A stretch of 63,001 bases of DNA, filler included, from Choristocarpus tenellus KU-1152 (GCA_964200185.2; 12 parts of 12 records of this genome joined end to end with filler, not necessarily neighbours in it); one strand, 5' to 3'. Positions 1 to 14,296 are shown, counted from the first letter of the whole stretch. The notes: generated from the sequence alone by a model not told the origin. Numbers and translations: made by a program.

Positions 1-3000
1 AGGCATAAAAATTTGGAGTACATTCCATTAAGCCTCCCCCCCCCCTTGCCCGACCAACTCATGCAGCTATCCCTAACAGAAATCTCCCACTGGATTAACC
101 ATACTGGGGTGGTCAAAACATGATATTCTGGATAAGATGTATATGCCAAGTTGAAATCCAATATTCTTGCTTTTGATATCTATTATATTTGCAAGGGGTT
201 ATTTTTCACTGTCCCCAGTCAGAAATCAACTGGTACCTTTGAAGGGGAATAAGAAAAAGTTGGCGTAAGTTGCACTCAATCATGCTTGAGCTCATCCATA
301 GTCCCATTGGACACATATGCTGAGAAACGGCAGAGGCAAGGTAGGTAGGTATATCTAGAGGCCCTACATGTAGAAGTTATACTTCCACCAACCTGTAAGA
401 CATAGGTTAATAGTGTTGAAATGAATAATTAGGTAAAGTACCCATTTCTCCCTTTTAGTTTCATGATGTGGAGTGCACCCAATGAATTTCATTCCAGCAA
501 TTTTATTTGTTTACATCGAGTGGATTTACAAAACTAAGGGCCAGTCCAAGCTAGTCAGGTGAAAGTTTCTGCATAGACCAAGTCCCTTGGTGCAATTAGG
601 CAACAATGCATGTGAATACTGCGCAGGAATATACAATGAAACGGCCCACCTCGTACACCCCCTTCATGCATTCCGCAATCTGGAAACGAATAATGAATAA
701 GTCTTCAATACTTGTGTGAAAGTAGTTCATGTGAGAAACAATCAGTTGATGGAAGAAGTTTTGTGTTCTGAAGAATAAGAGATGAGTATGGATTAATGAG
801 CGAGAAAAAAAGAAGAGTTCAGGAATAGGAACCGTTGTAGCAAGTAATCAGTAATGACTGATGGATGATTAGCAATAGTGATCCATGGATTATGTTGGTT
901 GGTGACAAGGGTATCCCCCCTCAGGGGATGAAGGCTCACTCCTTTCTCCCCCCTGACTTCGTCTACACCCTGTCCAGACCACCAAGGAATTAACCAATAC
1001 ATTTACTTGCATAAGCCTTGGGAAACAACCGCTTCTTTAACAAAAGGGGGCAGCGGAATTCTTCCCAGGTACAACACTTATGAACACTATGTTCTCAAGG
1101 CGTTTTCACAGACAATTACCCAGTCCAAATTTGTTGTTTGCTCTTTCCATCAACAAAGATATGCTTCACCTTCCAATCTATTCTGAATGGGCAAATCCTG
1201 GCATTGTCATGGTATATTGCGAGCAGTCTCTCCTCTTCCCCAGCCTCAAGCACAAACGGAGGGTATGTCTCCGGGGACGGTGGACGCATTTTCCTCCTCT
1301 TTTGCTCTCTGTGCACACATTCCAGAATAGATCTCTTCAACATGGTCCGCACACGTTGCTCCTCTGCTATCCAGCTGCACAAGCATAGAAGGATAAACTG
1401 GGAAAAAGCAGAACGAGGTGGAGTGAAAGAGAGAGAAGCAGGGCATGGCAAAACCAGTTATGCAGTGTAAGGGAGGAAGAAGTACCAGTGACTTTTGTGG
1501 AGGATTACTCTGGGGAAGCGGGGTAGAGGAGGGGTATGTGTTGTGATGACCAGTGATGGGATCAATCTGAGGGTGTTGCACTCCTACTGGCAGTGTTTAT
1601 TTTTTGACGAAGGTATCCGATTGATCCAAATATTGATAAGTAGACTGTTCTATTGCTGCAAAAAGCTGCACTTTTTGTCAATTCCCCTACCTACCCCTTC
1701 AATCGTAGTACTTGAAAAGTATGCATTACTAGTGCACACATTATATTTACCTTGACAATATTCCAGCACTTCAAAGGCATTGGATATTGCCATTGGTTAT
1801 GGATAGAGCCAGCAAACAACTAATGCTGATACAGGAAAGGTGTAATCACTTGACAGCTGAACAAGAGACCAAGTAAGTGAATATCATCTTCCCTCAACAC
1901 TTGCGATGTAGGAACTTATTTCACTATCTGCTGCAAAAGTCCGCTCTCATCCCTCCTAAACCTAGCAGAACCTTATCAAACTTTCCAGACATTTTCCACT
2001 TTTGCCACTGTTTTTTCTATGGACAAGTCGGAGTCTGATGTCCCTGTCCGGTTTTGATTTTGAGTGTAGCAGCATCAATACCATGCATGGCAGTGGGACT
2101 GACAGTGGTATACTCAGTAAGATAACATCGAAACCTGTGCACAAATACACCACATTCTTTGTAGGTAAGATCTGGGCATGGAAAACAACCTGCTGCTTGA
2201 CATCATCTGTGCTGCACCATATCTATAAGGGACGGAACTTGTGTTCGTAATGTAATGGAAAAAATTGCATATGGCCTTCGATAAGTTTGTGCTATCAAAA
2301 GAGCATACTTCAATGCTGTTGAAATATACGCAAGCAACCTCACATGCACACCTCATCAATATCCACAAAATCCCTCCCAGCCGCATTATCCTTGCCCTTA
2401 CTATACCCCACCAGTGTTCTCCTCTCAGCTGATTCTGGCTTTCCTAGAGCTGCAGTCTCGATCCTGAGGGGAGAGTGGATTGAATTCCTCAGGGGATTCA
2501 CTTTCCTGTACCAAATGTCCCGAGTGCATGAGCCACCACACCATATAGGGATCATTAGCATCATTCTTGCTACTTATAGATCTGAACTGTGTCTTGTGCT
2601 TGTGTTTAGTCTAAACTCCCACCAAAGTTGTTTGGATTAGGTGGCAGGTTTTACCATGGTAGAACGCCATGTCACCCGCTGTTGAAGACATCTCAAAGTT
2701 TCACCGTATCATTAGATCTAGCAAGTGAACCTCAGCCAAGTGAAAGAACCACTAAGAACTCTGAAAAAGTCAACACTCCCCGAAATAATAGCCTCTCTAA
2801 CATTGACATGTTGTCTCTGTGCTTTCTACCACTGACAGCTTCCCCAAAACCTTTGAACTATACACAGAGCACCTCAGGAATCACTCCTCAACTGCACTGT
2901 ATTTCAGCTGATCTATTGTGAACTTTTCTGGGCCCCATCATCAAGAAGGGAGCGAGTACAGTCACAATTCGACAGTGAAGAGAATACCATTGATGCTAAC

Positions 3001-4450
3001 CCTGGGCTTTCACTATGGGAACAGTGACTTTGGCGGGTAGTGAACAAATAATCAACTTCAAATCTAAGCAACACCTGAGCCCAGAGTGGAGAGATGAGGA
3101 ACAGGAGAGGTTAGTCCCTTGGAAGGTGAAACATATACTGCAATTCATATCTTGAGAGGATAGGGGGAGCTGCAGGGCAAATGCATGCTCTTGACATAAA
3201 AATGAAAATAGTGCAGTACCATCAGAAATGACCAGACAACCAACAAAAGTGAGCCAGAAACGTCAACAGTGTTACCACCTCATACAAATGCTATGATATG
3301 GTACCTGACTCCATACTTGATCTCTAGCAGCACAACAGGGATCGGAGATACTCTCAAGATAGTCATACCACTACTCATAAGACCTGAGGACTTCAAGACC
3401 AAAACCAGGCAAAACCTTTGCCCTAACACCAATTGGGGAACTTAACCCAGTAGGTGTAAAACTACTGGAAGGGTTGGGGTATGAGATGTAGGTGATGCAA
3501 AGTGGGAAAGGAAATATGGAATTTGTTGAGGTGGAAGTGAGTAGGAGCCTGTGCAAGGAATGGAAAACAGGCGTTTCCAAGTGCTAACACAGCTGTCTAG
3601 AGTTTGTTTAAAGGTAGGTGGAGAGTTGCCGGTGGAGCTGCGTTCGGTTATGTTACCTTGCTGAGGCAGGAACAGTATATGACCTTTGATTGATCCCAAT
3701 CCCTCGATGATCCTCCATCTCCCCACCCCTAGTCAATCCTCCTCCAACTACTGTGCCGGCGTTTTTTAGCTGTTTTCTTGGGGGGGAGAGGATGAGGCGA
3801 GGAGAACTCTGACCTTCTGGAGGGTATTGTGTCCTCAATTGTTTGTCTTGAGCAGGTGTGCGGAGTGCAGGAAGGACAGCCTTCCCACCCTACTAGGGCG
3901 CTCATATCAAGTAGGGCAGGGGATGGGTGGGTCATTAAGTGGACACATGGAGAAATGGCGGTAGTTGTTGAACCCAGCATGGATAAGGACTCAGCATAGC
4001 ACCTTGCGGTAGAGGGGCGTGATCCTTTCAACGCCTAATGATGTCCAGAACTACATGTGAAAGATTCGCAGGACCTATGACTGCAGAGTGAAGGACAATG
4101 AATCAACACTACAATCTTTGATGCTTCTAAAATGCTTCTTTGATGTAAAGTAATCCGCAGCCTTTCCCCTCTGTCATGGGTGATGCTAAAAGAAAGCAAG
4201 GTGGATGAAGTACTGCATACTCCGGATTTCATAGAAAGTAGCACAGGTTCCCATTTTGGGGACATGTGATGACCTAAGAGAAACAAAAAAAAAACTTCCC
4301 GAATTGCTCTGCAAAGTGTGTTCTGCCTGGTATACTTTGAAAGACAGAGGTGAGAGAATGAAAATACGCTGACAGCAATATCCTTGTCCCCCCCAAAATG
4401 GAGATCCCTATGAAGAAGGGCTTCAAAGTAAGTGACCAACACAGTATTTG
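1..4450 (-). mobile_element. Degraded DIRS/Ngaro-like (tyrosine recombinase) retrotransposon relic
   Basis: Minus-strand fragments lie in the expected order: gag-type Zn knuckle GCPSCTPHTCS (~3850-3885), RT-like VYLCTGFDVILLSIPL and LESLIRF (1960-2150), RNase H-like region (~1700-1950), possible YR-like VKNNP (~200). Many stops and frameshifts. Confidence 0.4.
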
Positions 4451-4605
4451 AAACCGGTCAACTGGAGAACACTAATGGACACAGAGGCCAGGCAAGATAT
4501 GAAGAAAAAAGGACCAAGGTCCTTACACAGAGTGGGGAGGGGGTGGGGGGCAGGGTAAAATGTTTGAAGTTAGATTAAGAAATGTACAATCTTATGAGCT
4601 AGGTA

Positions 4606-4705
4606 NNNNNNNNNNNNNNNNNNNNNNNNNNNNNNNNNNNNNNNNNNNNTTAATTAATTAANNNNNNNNNNNNNNNNNNNNNNNNNNNNNNNNNNNNNNN
4701 NNNNN
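4606..4705. other. Artificial scaffold spacer (N-TTAATTAATTAA-N, 100 bp). Same spacer at 9933, 13063, 16403, 19767, 29063, 33581, 36981, 41241, 57231 and 60151
   Basis: Identical linker with stops in all six frames inside N runs. Confidence 0.97.
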
Positions 4706-4848
4706 GCTATCCATCCAGGGCTCATATTTCCATGTCGCGATTTTTGGGTGATTTGGCTGCATGCATCGGGTAGATACTGTAAGTGCACCTCTCCAGGAAG
4801 GGCCCAAATGGACACCCTGGTGTAGACCCCCCCCAAATTCTTTGAGTC
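4706..4848. mobile_element. Terminal fragment of Sola2-like non-autonomous family A
   Basis: AATGGACACCCTGGTGTAGACCCCCCCC (4807-4834) is the reverse complement of family A sequence at ~14545-14577, and the fragment ends in a degenerate TIR (CCCCAAATTCTTTGAGTC). Confidence 0.6.
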
Positions 4849-5395
4849 TCTGTCAGTCAAGATCTGCATAGCTACAATTTCCGTAGAAGGTTCAATTGTC
4901 CGTTTTTAGAGAATGGATTGCAATCAGGTCACAAAAAAATCGAGTAACAAGTCAATCGCCGGTATTAAGTCAATAATGGTATCGGTTAAAATTACTCACA
5001 TCCCGAGACACCATACTTTCATACAGGCTCTTGCACATTGAGGCACTACCACTCTAGAGGAATTGTACATCAAAGATGACATACAGTAGCAGCAATGAAG
5101 TATTCCACGGTGTATGTAGTGCGGGCAAGATTGAAGTCCTCACTATATAAGCTGTTTTCACAAAGCTAACATCTTTGCATGCCCAGCTCTATGCCTGCGA
5201 AAGAAGTGAATCATTTGCTTAATTTTTTTTTTCATGTAGACAAGAGAGAAAACGGAGACTGGCGCAAGAAATATTTGCTTGATACTTGAAGTTTTTTTCC
5301 TTGAGAGCCATTTCCTTGAAAAAATGAACTCTTAAAATTTGGATCACAAAACGAGGCATGCCTGTTAAAGGAACTGACCCACCCACATAACCCAC

Positions 5396-8300
5396 CTGAA
5401 CGGCCTCAGCATCCGCATTTTCCCTCAGTAGCAATGCCTCACGGTCCATTCGTTTCTTCTGAAGTCTCTCCTTTAGCTTGCTTTCCTGTGTAGCCTACTG
5501 GAAGTAAGGAAGCTAGTGCATTAACACTGGAGTCAAACGGTGGTAATGGCTTGTATTTTGGGAAAGGGAATTGAAATCAAGTTTCTTACATACATACATA
5601 CATATATATTCACAATCAAGTTTCTTACATACATACATACATATATGTTCACACCGTTTCTGTAGTGTAAAGTTATTTTCCCTGCATTTTGAAAGCCTTT
5701 TTCAACATGTCTGTGGACTGGTGGAGATAATTCCAGGAAGATTGCTGAAGGAGTTATTCCAAAGGAAACAGTGAACGCTTTCCCTTAAAGTTGTCCATTA
5801 CACAAAAATCTCTAGATATCGAGGAAGTGTATTGAGAGTGCACAATGCATCACAATAATATTACTAGCTTCTACTGTTACTTGAAATATAGAGCAGGCAT
5901 GATTATGCCACATAAAGTGCATACATACACATTTTCAAAAATAGTGGTGCTTTCCTCCTGACTAGAGAAATTACATGCTAGATGACACAATATTGTCATA
6001 TATTGTTGGTCTCCATGAAAAATGTGATATACTTCCTACATAGGCTTATTTCTCAAAGTAATGACAACTAGCCATGGTCTTCAATGCCATAATATTCCTA
6101 TTTTAGCTCTGTCCTTGAAATATCGCATGGAAAAGCTATGTTTCTCTCTCTCTCTCTCTCTCTCTCTCCCTCTGAGTGTGTGTGTGTTTGTGTGTGTGCG
6201 TGTGTGTGTTTCCATGCATTTGTGTGCGTGGGAACAAATTACATCCTGTCTTATGTTTCGTCACCTCACCATACCTCACCATACCTTTGAGGTAGACATC
6301 TGTCTGTTCAGCTCATAACTAAATCTCTCATGCTCCTCACGTGCTGTGCGACTTCGAGATTCTGCTTCCAACCTTGCTTCCTCTGCTGCAGATCGGGTTG
6401 CTGCTTCAGCACTAACGTATTAAACAGTTGGAATTGAGGTTCTAGGTTGTTATTGGTGTTGACACATTCAATTTTTTCCTAAAGTATAGGGCGTGGTTCA
6501 GTGCAAAGCTGGTTTTGCTGAACCTCAGTGGAGGCATATACAGAGTAGATAGGTGGTCTATACTGGCAAAGTCGAGATCCAACGTGTACTTATTTTGGGA
6601 GAAGTCATTATCTTGGGAAGATCATATTGCTGCTTAAGAATAAAACTACATGGAACTGTTGTTCCTGGCCTATGCTCGATAACAATTGATCTTTGTATGC
6701 ATGGTGCTCATATGCTAGTAGAAAACTAAGCAAGTATCCAAGGAACACAAACAATATTAAGCATATTAGAGCTCTAGTGCAGAACTTTTTCACATGTAAT
6801 ATCAACAGCAAAAAAATAGTAGAGTTTCATTGATTTCCAGGGAGCAGCAGAAACCTCCACTCATTTGTATAGGATTCTCTATATGATGTGTTGGTTGCAG
6901 GTTGCAAGGCTCATCTACATCTCTATCTCTTTGCCAGTAGTAAAGTTTGGAGAGAAAAAAAGAGCAAAGGACGTAACAACATATATATATATATATATAA
7001 CTGATGTAACAACAGTCATCAACAGGTAGATTATTAAACCAAAGAATGTTTGACCTTTCCAAGGAAAAAACAACTACTACGAATTGAAGAAAAAATATGG
7101 AAAGTTCTTCAAGTATTTGTCCAAATAGGAAAACAAGGGGTGAAAGTTTATTACTTACCGGTCCTGCCTTTGTATCCCTTCCTGCAGCTCACGACTTGCT
7201 TGCTGCAAAAGTTCTTCCTCGAGTGCTGCCTGCTCCACCTCTTGCTCTTGTAATAGCTCCACCTCCAACTATATGGCAAGAGGTCAAAATATCGTGTTCA
7301 GGGGACCAGATTCCTAGGGTCTGAGGACCATGTACTTTTCAATATTTCCAAGTATCAGACTTGAGATTCGAGTCTAATCCAAGGTAGGTGCAAATCGAAA
7401 TCGAACCATGAGGTGAAGTGTTGAAATTGGCTGAAATTGGGTTTAAATTATATTTATTCTTTGATTGGGGACATGCTTAGGGTTGATGACAATCATTGAG
7501 CGTGAAATACGACTAAGAAATGCTCACCAACACCTGCTTGTCAAGGTCAGAGTTCAGTTGAGAATTGAGGATGTGTATCTGGATGCAGCTTCACTCTCCT
7601 ATCAAACTTACTACCCTCTGTTTTGTGCGCACTTGCTGCTCCTTTTTTGTCTTTCAACTTCTTACCATCCCCACACATCCTCCTGCGGACTTGCCTCCTC
7701 CTGATGCTTGCGTCCTACAGCAGTGGCCATCTTCAGCTCTCGACGCTTCTGGAGCTTAACAGATAGCTCTCTCTGACGTTGCCTCCTCTTCTTTTCAAGG
7801 GAGTCCTCCAGGGTGATCTAAGTTCCAGGGGCAGGAGGAGACAATCAAGACATTGGTAAATCTGTTCTCAGTGTATTCAGAAACTATTTTGTGTCCCCAA
7901 CGCTACGAACTATGGGATCTTACATCATACTACGAATGATATGGAGAATGAAACAGGGTTCAGGTTGTTTACTGACACTGCTGTTGTATTAACGCCTTCC
8001 CAAGTATTGATGCTGAAGCCCAAAATAGTTATCTGCTCTTTCTGTAGCACAAGTAAAAAAATCTTGAGTTATCGGAGAAAGTAGAAGCCTTTTTCAGAAC
8101 CACTATTTGTCCACATATGTCAAGATTCATCCTCATGTAGAGGAAGAAATAGAGCTGAGAGCAAACCTGCTCTTCTTCATGTTGACGCCTCAAACGCTGA
8201 ACTTCCTGCTCCACGGCCTGTTTAGATTTCTCTGATGCAAGTTGTGCAGCCCGGACCTGAATTCTCCCCACCAGGTTGGAGAAGGTAGGTGCTGGGGTTG

Positions 8301-9580
8301 TCAGGAATTAGTGTATGTAGTCGAGTTTGAGTTTGTATGCCTAAGAAAGGCAATGGAGGCAGGTTGGTAAGGTTCTCCCCAGGGGAACACCAATACACAT
8401 CATGGTTGCAGTAATAAATTACATTGCAACTTTGACTTTACCCGCATAATGACAGAAGCCCCTTGAAGGTTAACAATGAGGGTGTAATTTCCATGTGTAA
8501 TTTCTCGTACTAGTTTGTGATATTCTAATTATGATCAGGAATAGTAGTACATATAGAGGAAGAATACATGTGTACTGCCTAAGAGTCGAAGCATTTAAGA
8601 GGGTAAGACCGCATCCATTCGGGGTCATAAATCCAACATTGCGATTTTGATGAATTTTGGTTGTCGTGTTCGTTACCAAGTGTCAATATCCTTGCTCCAA
8701 ACACACCTTTCATAGTCGTATACATTTTCGTAACTACATTCACACAAAAAAACGAAAACGGCATAAAAAACCCGTACACACATCAGATATATGAAGATGA
8801 TTGAAGTTACTCACTGTGCCTTGCTCTGCTTCATGTCTTCTCCTCTCGGCAAGTAGAAGGATCTCTCTTTCCTTCTCAAGCTCCTCCTAAGGAAACGTGT
8901 AATGGACAAATCATGTTGTGACACTTACCATAGGGAATCATTTTGTGTAACATGTTCAAAGAATTACAACTCTCTCTACCTATTCGAGCACTCAAAGTAC
9001 TTTATACCTTGGTGATTTTGCTCAAAACATATTCACAATATAACAACATTGTACTGGCACTGAAATGTAGCTCCATGCCTTTTAAACCTATACATCTTTT
9101 TAATGAAGATAATCACTTAGCACTTGTTTTTGTCATTGTGAGTCCTGTACCATTTTTCCTCTCACTCAAACCTACTGACTCAAATGAATAGAAAATTGTA
9201 CCAAGAACTTTCCTCTCATTGTGCCTGCAGAAATCCCATTCATACATATACGGGCAATTTATCCTTGAGTAATTTGTGCTCTTTGTCAATGGCAAGATTA
9301 ACAGCAGGCAATATTATACCAAATCACTCCCCTCTGTCTATCTATCCCTGTATCTACACTACATGTACCAAGTCCAGATATCCACTCACTCTGCTGACAA
9401 TGGTTCAGATTGCACATCCCCCCTCAGCAATGTGTGGTAGTCTATCAGCATCTTACCTCAACCCGACGAGTCTCTTCCTCTCTCTCCAAGTCCAGTTTGG
9501 CCAGTTCAGTTGCCACCTGGTCTCTCAACACCCCCTCCTTGGCCAACTCTGCTCTCCTTCGTTCCTTCTTTTCCTGTCGG
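5396..9580 (-). CDS. Partial multi-exon gene for a long charged coiled-coil protein. Approximate exons 9460-9580, 8813-8887, 8167-8272, 7675-7819, 7528-7580, 7157-7270, 6649-6716, 6285-6411, 5396-5494
   Basis: Successive AG/GT-bounded open segments encode E/K/R/Q-rich helices, e.g. KERRRAELAKEGVLRDQVATELAKLDLEREEE, ITLEDSLEKKRRQRQRELSVKLQKRRE, ATQESKLKERLQKKRMDREALL. Start and stop not identified. Confidence 0.7.
8583..8745 (+). mobile_element. Truncated, diverged copy of Sola2-like MITE family B, in an intron
   Basis: GAGTCGAAGCATTTAAGAGGGTA...ATCCAACATTGCGATTTTGATG...GTGTCAATATCCTTGCTCC aligns with the 32863 and 30680 copies. Confidence 0.7.
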
Positions 9581-9879
9581 ATTTTGAAGTGGTTTCAACA
9601 ATTGTTCTCCACAATTTGTTTTTCTATTCCCAAAGACTCATAAGGACTGTTATGTACTATGACATATTCTGGATCATGCAGTAATTGGTAGGTGAAGCTA
9701 CTTTCTGGTTAGCTCATTGTGTCCATGCTCGATCCTACACTATATATCTGTGCTGTAAAAGATGTGTGAATTTATCACTAGGTGATTTTGGGCCATCAGG
9801 CCCAAAACCATGGAATCAGTGTGGGCTAGGATATGTTGAAGAGCTGCAGGAGGTTGTGAGTCAACAGTAAATTGCGATT

Positions 9880-10098
9880 GACCCAAAGTATCTGGGAGGG
9901 GGGGGGGGAGGGTTAGGGGGGTCGGGGGGACTNNNNNNNNNNNNNNNNNNNNNNNNNNNNNNNNNNNNNNNNNNNNTTAATTAATTAANNNNNNNNNNNN
10001 NNNNNNNNNNNNNNNNNNNNNNNNNNNNNNNNGCAATTCGTCCGGACCGAAACGGACGCCTCCTCACAAACCACCCCCCCCCCCAGATACTTTGACCT
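9880..10098. mobile_element. Family A termini flanking an assembly gap
   Basis: GACCCAAAGTATCTGGG(G)n before the gap and (C)nCAGATACTTTGACCT after it. The flanks do not match, so these may be two different copies. Confidence 0.75.
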
Positions 10099-10960
10099 CG
10101 CTCGCTGCGAAGAAAGCTGTATTCCTCAGTCAGGTAAAAACAGAACTTTGGAATGACAAGTATTCCTTGCCTCTAAATCTTTGGCATATGTTTACAAAGG
10201 CTTATCCAAACCTTACAGGTTGGTGCAAGAAGGAGAGGTGCGACTTCACAAATACCCACGATCTGAAGTCCTTTGTTTTTGTTTTTGTTAGAACTTGAAG
10301 TAAGGGTCATTTTTTTGTTATGGATTTATGGATTCCTGTACCTTGGACACAGTACCCGACGACCAAGTTCGTACAGTTCCATAGATATATTGGGTTTACC
10401 ACATTCACAGTGTGGTCAGGCGTGTATATAGCCCGCTGAGAAGCCTCAGTATAGTCGTACACTTTTACCACACACAGGTCCTGGGGACGTTCGTTAAAAA
10501 ATGTTCATAGCAAGTAAAATTGGAGGTCTGACATTTAAAGTTCAATAGCTTCCATTTTGCTTCGATTTGTTTTTCTGAATTTGGTAACCGTCACTCGCTC
10601 ATATTCTGCTGATTAGATACGCCATTGCCACATTAGAGTTTGTTTCGTAAACTCTGTTAGTGGAACTGTCGGTCAGCACATAATAAAGACATAATTGTCA
10701 AGAACGGTGTCCCTGTTGTGAACTAGTGGATTGGTCAGGTCGATAATGCTTGGAAACACCAGTTTGGTTCAATACTTGGATTCACATTTGTATTTAGACA
10801 TGGTCAGAGCGCAATCGCGGCATGCAGCTACAAACAAATATAAAGATAATATTCTGGAGGATAACACCTTGTTACCTCAATAACCATTCTTCCTCTGCTG
10901 TAAAGCGAGAGATCATTGCCCTAAACACTATGGACCATCTCTCTCAACCTGTAGAAAGTG
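10099..10960 (+). pseudogene. Truncated second copy of the accessory region of the large Sola2-like element (paralog of ~26960-27600)
   Basis: LAAKKAVFLSQVKTELWNDKYSLPLNLWHMFTKAYPNLTGWCKKERCDFTNTHDLK vs LATRKAVFLARVEAELWNDKYSSPLNLWHVLTEVYPKLIDWWKEGRCDFTHAHQLK. Patchy nucleotide similarity continues downstream. Confidence 0.85.
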
Positions 10961-12570
10961 GTGAGGTAGGTGGGGATTTCCTCGAGTCGTACCCAACAAG
11001 AGCCACGATGCTTGAGCTAACATGATGTTCAAAGGAACGCTGTGTAAGCGCCTAGTCTGCCCATACGATCTACCTGAGGAGATAGGGGAGACCCTCGTGC
11101 ACAATCAATCTGTGGGTTCAACATTCACGAATGACAAAGGCAGCACTGGATAAGAACTTGACGAACTGGAATTTGCCTCTTCGTTGACCAATAAATCCAA
11201 GGATTTAGTTGAATGTGGACATACCCTCATTGCCCGTCTGTATAATCAGCTTCTGTCAACATCGCTCACTGCTAACAGGCATTCGGCGGCATACTGACAT
11301 GGAGGTTTAAGTTGTGCCGTTCACCCCACATCTGAACTCACAGGTGTCTCCAATGTCAATCGTGTGACTCTTTGGCAGCGTGGTTTACGCAGACAAGGAA
11401 GGGTGATGAAGAGAATCTCACCCGGCAAGACAAGCCAGACGAACCAAAACAAACCGTAACCGAGAGGATGAGGTAAAGTTGACAAGGATGAGAGTGAGAA
11501 GTGAGGATCTGATGAGGGTGGATCTTCAGAGTGAAAGGTTGTTGTGACGTCAAATGAAATCTCTTGAATCTTGGTGTCTCTGAACGAAGAAAGACCCACC
11601 TGTTGTACTGGATTCTTGAAGAGATTCCATGGACTATCTCAATGAAGATCCTCCACTTGGATACATGGTTCCTGCCAAGAAACCTCGGACGGTATGAACG
11701 GCAATTAGTATACAGAAATAACTTTGTGAAAATAGATTACCCTGCTTCCCACATTTCTGCAATAAAAATAATCAACTTTTGTTGTAACAACGCTACCCAC
11801 CCAGACGCTTGGTGAATTGTTTGTTTGAGAGTCATTCCCTACATTTTACATGTTAAAAAGCACTGGAAGAAATAAAATTGCACTCCATCCTGCCTAAAAA
11901 AGGCTTTGCAAGTTCTACTCAACTAGGTACGCTCAATCTTCCTGTGAATTTTAAACATAACACAAAGAGGGCAAGTGTGTTCCTCATAGTAGACATCATA
12001 TACATACATTGGCTAGTGATGTGGTTGGCACGACAATTTGGTCATGGTTATTTATGTATTGCAGACAATCAAAAGGTTCTTCTGTCCTGTGAATCCGGTT
12101 CCTATTCAAATATACTCCGTACTATGCATTTCATTACCCATATATAGTACTTGATGGGCTATTGGTTAATCAGAACGGCGTCCTTGCGCACTCATTCTGA
12201 ACTGTGTCACTTTGTAATGAAACTGCAAGGAGTGCTTCAAAGAACCAAAGAATAGTCATCCTCAAAAATAAAATATATATTCATCGATCACTTACATTAA
12301 ATCCCATAGAGGTAAAAACGCAAACCTATTGGTATGTACAATATAGGAATCCCAAGTGAATCCGGAAGATTTTGCGCTACGCAAGAACTCCCAGTACAAA
12401 AGATAAACACAAAGTGTGTCGAACAATCCTGGCCCTTTTCTTGCAGATACCAAGCGAGACAACGTTCAAATTGACTTAACACACCTGCACGCCACTCCAA
12501 CTTCCAATAGTGGTCCACCCTCCCTCTGGTTTATGGGACCTCTACCATAATGACCAGAATTCTTGCTAAT

Positions 12571-12819
12571 GAGTCAAAGTAAGAGAGGTATAATTAAGGA
12601 TGTTGACAAATAGATACCAAAATTCGCCCTTTTTTTTTACAAATTTGTATAGGAAGTTTTCCAGATTCGAAAACTCCCTAAGAATAATAGACATAAACAC
12701 TGGCACAAGTCAAACATGGCACTTCATCCATAGAAATATGGGTGATTTGCAAAAATACAAAAGTGTGGCTTAAAATGCAATACGGTCAAAACCTGGATAT
12801 ATCTCGCTTACTTTCACTC
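12571..12819 (+). mobile_element. Sola2-like MITE family C (~249 bp)
   Basis: TIRs GAGTCAAAGTAAG / CTTACTTTCACTC; flanks TAAT / AATG (AAT duplicated); inverted paralog at 14297-14860. Confidence 0.75.
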
Positions 12820-13039
12820 AATGCAGGGGGCATGTGTGAATGGGAGCTTCCCACCACAGACGTATCTACCCTCCACATTTTCTCACGTGCTGTTTGATTT
12901 ATGGTTCTGCCATGAACTAAGAAGAGCAGCGCCATCACAGGGTCGTGTCAACTGCAAACTCTATCAACCCTCTACTAAAAAGACTCTGAAAATCGATATA
13001 TTTCATTGCCTACAGTACCGTGTATGGCAGCAACCTTCT

Positions 13040-13062
13040 GACCCGAAGTATCTGGGGAGGGG
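13040..13062 (+). mobile_element. Family A terminus running into a gap
   Basis: GACCCGAAGTATCTGGGGAGGGG. Confidence 0.7.
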
Positions 13063-13174
13063 NNNNNNNNNNNNNNNNNNNNNNNNNNNNNNNNNNNNNN
13101 NNNNNNTTAATTAATTAANNNNNNNNNNNNNNNNNNNNNNNNNNNNNNNNNNNNNNNNNNNNCCTACATACTTT

Positions 13175-13960
13175 TTGTCACCATGTGATATCCTATGGTA
13201 TATCAAAACCAACATCTTAACCCCTCAGCTCTACTATCCTGGCGTAGGTGGTGGAGAAGAGGAGTCATTTCCAGCAGATGACCCATTCCCTCAACAGCCA
13301 GGGGCTAATATTTCTTGCCGTGATGATGAGGAGCAAAATGCGGTGACAAAGAAGATCATCCTGATGTTATTTGGTGAACGACTTTCCAACCACTCTGGCA
13401 ATGGGATCAGTGTCAAGTATTACTCTGAGGGTTCATGTAGGCAGCCTGAAGAGTTCAATTGGGAGCAGGCCTTAGCTACCTATCAAGACTCTATGACCAA
13501 ACACTGCTACAACTGCGTTCCTGGAGCAGAGATCAGCACAGTTTGGAGTTGTGTGGAGTTGGAAGTGAATGGGATCTGGGAGTCGAAGCAATAATCACAG
13601 GACATGCTAGACACAGGTGGAACGGTACATCTCAAGGAATACTCACTGGCCGTGCGGAGAGATGCAGCTCCAGTCAGTAAAGAGGGAAATGAGCTTACAA
13701 GGGCTTGTTTTGAACTCAGAAATGGTGAGAATTCGGATGCTGCTGGTAGGGTGGTGGTGCAAGATTTGATGAGGGAACAAATGGGGTGGTCAGGATAAAT
13801 GGGCATTGCCTCCTTCAAGATGATGACATGCCTTTGATGTGGGTCACAGAACAAGCGGCTTCAATGACCTGCTTCAGTTGTACGGAGAAAGTGCTTCATT
13901 TGCCATGCTTGGTCGAACTTGCCTGACGTAGTCCAAGCCGAATTTATTGAAAGGTAGGCA
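13175..13960 (+). pseudogene. Decayed ORF ending in a PHD-finger-like Cys/His cluster
   Basis: Near-continuous frame 13175-13798 with in-frame stops, then TCL*CG...MTCFSCTEKVLHLPCL...LPD...EF across frameshifts. Confidence 0.4.
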
Positions 13961-14296
13961 AAGTTGAATTTTAAGGATGCCGAAATTAAAAAAGAATACT
14001 TTTCATTATATTATAATTACAGAAAGAGTCATTACTGAATTGTGGTGTCACTCTGTGTCTAGGGGAATATCCATTTTGTTGAAGGTACGGTCAACATAAG
14101 AAATATATAATGGAACCTGATGCGATGTGCAGTTTATCTCCTTACTGTGTATCATCTGGAAGAAGTTGGGTGCGCGGGGGGATGCCAAGAATGTAATTAA
14201 GGCAGCTTCCACGTGAAGTCTGGAGAAATTCACTTGCAGCACCAGTAGCAGTTATTTTATCTGGAATGGGGATTCATAGCGTGTTAGTACTCTAGT

